IMG/VR virus record: IMGVR_UViG_3300047160_003987
Length of the DNA: 20,000 nt
From: an uncultured virus (IMG/VR IMGVR_UViG_3300047160_003987)
Lineage: Duplodnaviria; Heunggongvirae; Uroviricota; Caudoviricetes
Direction: 5' to 3' (one strand)
How positions within the stretch are numbered: the stretch's first letter is position 1; each line of letters starts with the position of its first letter. The translations under genes and the position numbers were made by a program. Below are positions 16,870-20,000 of this stretch, piece after piece. Under the pieces are notes generated by a model. The model saw only the letters and a list, made by a program, of their open reading frames with translations, was not told the DNA's origin and searched no databases.

Positions 16870-17230
16870 CTCGCTTCAGTTCCATGTTGCGCTGCTTCTG
16901 CTTGAACCGCGCCTTGCGCTCTTTAGCCGTCATTGCCTTGAGGCCGATCGGCGGCCGACCACCAGAACGTTTTGGCTTCATCTGGAACGATTCCTGCGAT
17001 GCTTTCGTTCCAGCAGGCGCTTCCATTCCAACAGACCGTTCCGTTCCAGGCTTTTCCATTCCAGGCTTCTTGCCTGGCTTATCAGGCGCCATCCTCTGCT
17101 TCACCTGCGCTATGATCTCGCGTAACGTAGCCGAGGACTGCGGTATGGGGGCTTTAGCATTAGCCTTCCAGCGAGCCTCTCTGGCCAGCCTGAGCGCCTT
17201 GATCTGCCGTTCTTTTTCGCCTATTTCCAT
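16856..17230 (-). CDS. Basic, possibly DNA-binding protein (124 aa)
   Basis: C-terminal GGRPPIGLKAMTAKERKARFK motif (GRP plus 'MTxxERxxRxR' basic helix) and short KPG repeats. Confidence 0.75.
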   Translation of the reverse strand: MEIGEKERQIKALRLAREARWKANAKAPIPQSSATLREIIAQVKQRMAPDKPGKKPGMEKPGTERSVGMEAPAGTKASQESFQMKPKRSGGRPPIGLKAMTAKERKARFKQKQRNMELKRDGRK

Positions 17231-17239
17231 TGGTTTATC

Positions 17240-17452
17240 TCACTGTGCTGCCTCTGCTACAGGATCCATTGACTCTGATTCCTCGTAGTCAAATAGCCCG
17301 CACCTCATCAACATAATGGCCTCTGCATTGAAGGATACGCCTCGCCTCTCTGCCCGCATATTTATGCTGGCGAATAACTCAGGTGACATGGTGACAGCTA
17401 TCCTGATACGATCGCCTCGCAAATTTCCCTTAACGCCTTTAGCCATCATCAA
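17240..17452 (-). CDS. Arc/ribbon-helix-helix family DNA-binding protein (70 aa)
   Basis: Beta-strand IRIAVTM, helix SPELFASINMRAERRG, then VSFNAEAIMLM, matching the Arc pattern (A..xGRSxNxEI). Confidence 0.75.
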   Translation of the reverse strand: MMMAKGVKGNLRGDRIRIAVTMSPELFASINMRAERRGVSFNAEAIMLMRCGLFDYEESESMDPVAEAAQ

Positions 17453-17709
17453 GCGGTGCCCCCGCGGTTGGTAGGTTTCTCGACGAACATCCTTTCAGCC
17501 TGCTGGGCTGCGGCGATCGAGAGCAATTTATTGCCGAATTCAGTCAGGACGTTCCCCATGATGACCATGGTGGCGAACACGGTTCCCTCATCATCAAACA
17601 GGTCGATATGATAATGGTCGCAGTTTCCGCACATATAGCCGTGCCAGCCGGCGGCCAGCATACGGCCATCCTCAGCGAGCCGCGGTTCAGCCTGGGTTTT
17701 TAACACCAT
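17449..17709 (-). CDS. Hypothetical protein with CxxCxHxH motif (86 aa)
   Basis: YMCGNCDHYHIDLFD; GAGGGA SD. Confidence 0.75.
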   Translation of the reverse strand: MVLKTQAEPRLAEDGRMLAAGWHGYMCGNCDHYHIDLFDDEGTVFATMVIMGNVLTEFGNKLLSIAAAQQAERMFVEKPTNRGGTA

Positions 17710-17986
17710 TGATATGATCCCTCACCATGTCCTGCAGCGTCTGGTTCTTACTGATGCGGCGCATCATCTGGTCAACGTCTTTGTGGACGTTGTCGAATAT
17801 CCGATCGAGCGGCGCATCGGCCGGCAGCCCGATCTCGACGCGATGCGTGAGAATACCGAAACAACAGACAAAGCCCATCACATAGCTGACTTCATCGAGA
17901 GGGGGTTGGCCCATCATCGCCTGAACCCGGTTCGCCACATCGAACCCCTTCTCGATCGTGTTCCCCATGTCGTGCAGATCCGGCAT
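17687..17986 (-). CDS. Hypothetical helical protein (about 99 aa)
   Basis: Start placed at ATG 17986 (MPDLH) after GAGG; the ORF track extends to 18070. Confidence 0.7.
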   Translation of the reverse strand: MPDLHDMGNTIEKGFDVANRVQAMMGQPPLDEVSYVMGFVCCFGILTHRVEIGLPADAPLDRIFDNVHKDVDQMMRRISKNQTLQDMVRDHINGVKNPG

Positions 17987-18629
17987 TATCGTCATCCTCT
18001 TTTGGTACCCAATGCAAAGCGGCTGCGACTGACTTCGTGAGGGCCTCCTTCTCTGCTGGGACGTAAACAAGCTGCTCTAAGTCAGGCAGTCCCCTGTATA
18101 TCGCCTCTAGCACTTCACCACGGCTCGCGAGCCGACCCTCGGTGTACCATATCACATTGGTAGGCTCTTTCAGAGAAAACAGCACACCGCCATCCACCTT
18201 CTTGAGACGATAGCCCTTGGTGATCCAGATAGCCGTCACGCCGGGGTTATGCAGCAGCGGCTCACCGGCCATTGTGCCATCAGGCACATCGATCTCATTG
18301 CGGCGCATGCGGGGGTTGGACAGGAAAGGACAGGCTTGCACCGCATAGACGGCGCATTCGAGATGACATGGCGGTTCGCTCGTCACCCGGTTGACGGTGC
18401 ACATGGGACCGAGCACGAAGCAGAGATATTGCCCCAACTTGGTGCCGCACAGCCAGCACAGCTTGTTCTTGATGCAGCCTTCGAACTTATCCGGATCCGC
18501 GGCACGGAAGTCGCCGCTTTCCGGAACGAAATATGGCACCGGATAGCCACGGGCATTGATCGGCAGCCGGGACATGCGCATTGGCATGCGGATAGACCGG
18601 ATCGAGGCGTTGAGCTTATTTACATCCAT
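17892..18629 (-). CDS. Cys/His-rich conserved-looking hypothetical protein (about 245 aa)
   Basis: Motifs RGYPVPYFV, CWLCG, FVLGPMC, EPPCHLECAVYAVQACPFL. Start placed at ATG 18629 after GGGAG. Confidence 0.8.
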   Translation of the reverse strand: MDVNKLNASIRSIRMPMRMSRLPINARGYPVPYFVPESGDFRAADPDKFEGCIKNKLCWLCGTKLGQYLCFVLGPMCTVNRVTSEPPCHLECAVYAVQACPFLSNPRMRRNEIDVPDGTMAGEPLLHNPGVTAIWITKGYRLKKVDGGVLFSLKEPTNVIWYTEGRLASRGEVLEAIYRGLPDLEQLVYVPAEKEALTKSVAAALHWVPKEDDDNAGSARHGEHDREGVRCGEPGSGDDGPTPSR

Positions 18630-18877
18630 GGTGGCGTCTCCCCTTCGATCAGAAGGTTCGCCGGCCAATGCGGCAATTTTCCGGTCCTGTTGTAGGCCTC
18701 CCAGATCAGATGCACAAACCGACCCAGATGCAAGGGTATCTGCTGATCACCTTCCAGCCTATGGATGCGGTTCTCGACGTTCTGATCCGATCCGGTATAG
18801 CCGATGATGTGGATGGCAAAGTCGAGCTTGTTGAGCCCCATTGCACGACGGATCATCCTTAACTGAGTTCCGGTCAT
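18620..18877 (-). CDS. XRE/Cro-like helix-turn-helix protein (85 aa)
   Basis: MTGTQLRMIRRAMGLNKLDFA..IG...IHRLEG...IP matches the XRE-HTH pattern, with a short insertion. Confidence 0.75.
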   Translation of the reverse strand: MTGTQLRMIRRAMGLNKLDFAIHIIGYTGSDQNVENRIHRLEGDQQIPLHLGRFVHLIWEAYNRTGKLPHWPANLLIEGETPPWM

Positions 18878-19089
18878 CCTGTGAGCCTCCGATGATGTCG
18901 GACGGTGTTGCCAAACAGAGATAGAGCATCTTCGAGGTCCTGTCCAAGATGGCTGATGGTCATATGCTTAGGCTCGTTCACAAGCCAGAACGCCGCTGTG
19001 TAATTGGGAAGATGGGAATGGACGCTGCGGCTTTGCCACAGCTCCATTCTGATCCCGTCGATGGTAACCCTCCAGAGCACTGCACTCAT
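18874..19089 (-). CDS. Hypothetical protein (71 aa)
   Basis: GGAGGTG SD; ATGA overlaps at both ends. Confidence 0.8.
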   Translation of the reverse strand: MSAVLWRVTIDGIRMELWQSRSVHSHLPNYTAAFWLVNEPKHMTISHLGQDLEDALSLFGNTVRHHRRLTG

Positions 19090-19244
19090 CGGAACACCTC
19101 CCTCAATTCACGGATCGCATATTCCCGCTTGGGGTATTCCCTGCGGGCCACCCGCCATGCGTCACGCTCGTCTTTGGCCTCCACCGTTGCGTCAAAATAC
19201 CAGTGTTCGGCGCGCTCCCACACTCTAACATCGAAATATTTCAT
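19086..19244 (-). CDS. Hypothetical protein MKYFDVRVWERAEHWYFDATVEAKDERDAWRVARREYPKREYAIRELREVFR (52 aa; not in ORF track)
   Basis: Hand-translated. GGGAGCATCACA leader before ATG; the stop overlaps the next start (ATGA). Confidence 0.8.
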   Translation of the reverse strand: MKYFDVRVWERAEHWYFDATVEAKDERDAWRVARREYPKREYAIRELREVFR

Positions 19245-19255
19245 TGTGATGCTCC

Positions 19256-19444
19256 CTATTCGTCCTGCAGACCGAGATAGTGTTCAACCATGTCGGCGAT
19301 GGCGCCGAACCGGGTTGCCCCATAGCCGCGGATGCGACCTTCGTCCGCGCTCTCGCGATAGGCCCCATACTCGCCATTGGGCAAAAGACCGGTAATAACG
19401 ACGTCCTCGATGTCGTCAAAGTAGTGCTGGCGGATATTGATCAT
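19256..19444 (-). CDS. Hypothetical protein (62 aa)
   Basis: AGGAGCATCAC leader directly before ATG. Confidence 0.8.
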   Translation of the reverse strand: MINIRQHYFDDIEDVVITGLLPNGEYGAYRESADEGRIRGYGATRFGAIADMVEHYLGLQDE

Positions 19445-19754
19445 GTGATGCTCCTAAAAGGCCCCAATGGCCCTTTCTACTGCCTCAAGCCCGGAAGCCG
19501 AAGCGCCGGGCGTGAGAGCGATGCAGGGGACGCTTATTTCGCCTCCTCCGCGATGTTGAGAAACTTGGCGAGAAGGGTCGCATTCTCGTAAGCAAGCTCT
19601 ACGGCATTCGGTTCAGTACCAAGCGTAAATTCATGAGCTACCGTGCGAGCCTTGCCAACACCAGTAACCACCAAATAACCGAGGATCGTATTGTATTTAC
19701 CTTTGATAGGAGAAACCGACCAGAGAGAGGGAGAGTTGATCATGTGATGCTCCT
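19437..19754. repeat. Dispersed 19-bp exact repeat covering RBS and start codon
   Basis: ttgatcatgtgatgctcct at 19437-19455 and 19736-19754; the core gtgatgctcc also occurs at 19246-19255. Confidence 0.95.
19534..19743 (-). CDS. Hypothetical protein (69 aa from MINSPS)
   Basis: AAGGAGCATCAC leader before ATG 19743; the ORF track starts further upstream at 19776. Confidence 0.8.
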   Translation of the reverse strand: MINSPSLWSVSPIKGKYNTILGYLVVTGVGKARTVAHEFTLGTEPNAVELAYENATLLAKFLNIAEEAK

Positions 19755-19782
19755 TTGGCGAGCCCCAGTGGCTCAATAATTA

Positions 19783-19811
19783 TTTGTACCCTGCGAAGGG
19801 CGATGGTTCAA
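19783..19811 (-). promoter_or_regulatory. Candidate sigma70-type promoter
   Basis: Minus strand TTGAAC (19811-19806), 17-nt spacer, TACAAA (19788-19783), followed by AT-rich TAATTATT in an intergenic region. Confidence 0.55.
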
Positions 19812-19820
19812 CCATCGCCC
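19798..19820. promoter_or_regulatory. Perfect 11-1-11 inverted repeat overlapping the -35 element, candidate operator
   Basis: gggcgatggtt-c-aaccatcgccc. Confidence 0.55.
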
Positions 19821-19824
19821 CAAG

Positions 19825-19833
19825 TTATCCACA
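19825..19833 (+). promoter_or_regulatory. Perfect DnaA-box consensus
   Basis: TTATCCACA in intergenic DNA; single copy, so function is uncertain. Confidence 0.4.
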
Positions 19834-19884
19834 GAAGCTATATGAGCATCGTTGTGCGCTCAGTGAAGAGCGCACCGGCGATGA

Positions 19885-20000
19885 TCACTTGCCGATCTCA
19901 CCAGCAACCCGCCGCAGCTCTTTGACCAAAGCCTTCAGCTCCAGTTTGTCTTTCAGCGAAAGCCCACTTTTGCGGCCTGCGCCTTCAAGCGCTGTCGCAT
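19885..20000 (-). CDS. C-terminal fragment of a gene entering from beyond the window (...ATALEGAGRKSGLSLKDKLELKALVKELRRVAGEIGK*)
   Basis: Open frame from the window edge to TGA at 19885-19887; helical-looking sequence. Confidence 0.6.
   Translation of the reverse strand, partial: ATALEGAGRKSGLSLKDKLELKALVKELRRVAGEIGK

Noticed and set aside
19225..19419. 64-aa minus-strand ORF from the track
   Set aside because: It overlaps 19256-19444 and 19086-19244, which have clear RBS leaders.
19825..19833. Replication origin
   Set aside because: A single DnaA box with no box cluster, iterons or replication gene in the window; kept only as a possible regulatory site.

Overview
The window is part of a tailed dsDNA phage or prophage (Caudoviricetes). 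The host is probably GC-rich and proteobacterial, but that is inference only. All credible genes lie on the minus strand and are tightly packed, often with ATGA/TAATG overlaps. Reading in transcription direction (20000 to 1): (i) a structured regulatory region (sigma70-like promoter, 11-1-11 palindrome, perfect DnaA box, hairpins) ahead of small early-type genes, three of which share a GGAGCATCAC ribosome-binding leader; (ii) small genes including an XRE-like HTH, an Arc-like ribbon-helix-helix and Cys-rich proteins; (iii) a probable terminase small subunit (16086-16667); (iv) about 14.5 kb of probable virion appendage and accessory genes, including a 2119-aa modular Thr/Gly/Ala/Ser-rich fibre, a cadherin-like protein, a pectin-lyase-like tailspike and Pro-rich proteins; (v) a clear terminase large subunit (44-1606). 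The most intriguing unexplained signal is a two-hairpin, terminator-ended element at 3651-3731. Its loop region (GUGAUGCUCCUU) is complementary to the shared RBS leader of the three early genes about 16 kb away, which suggests a late-expressed antisense RNA that shuts off early translation. No database searches or computations were run; family assignments come from motif recognition.
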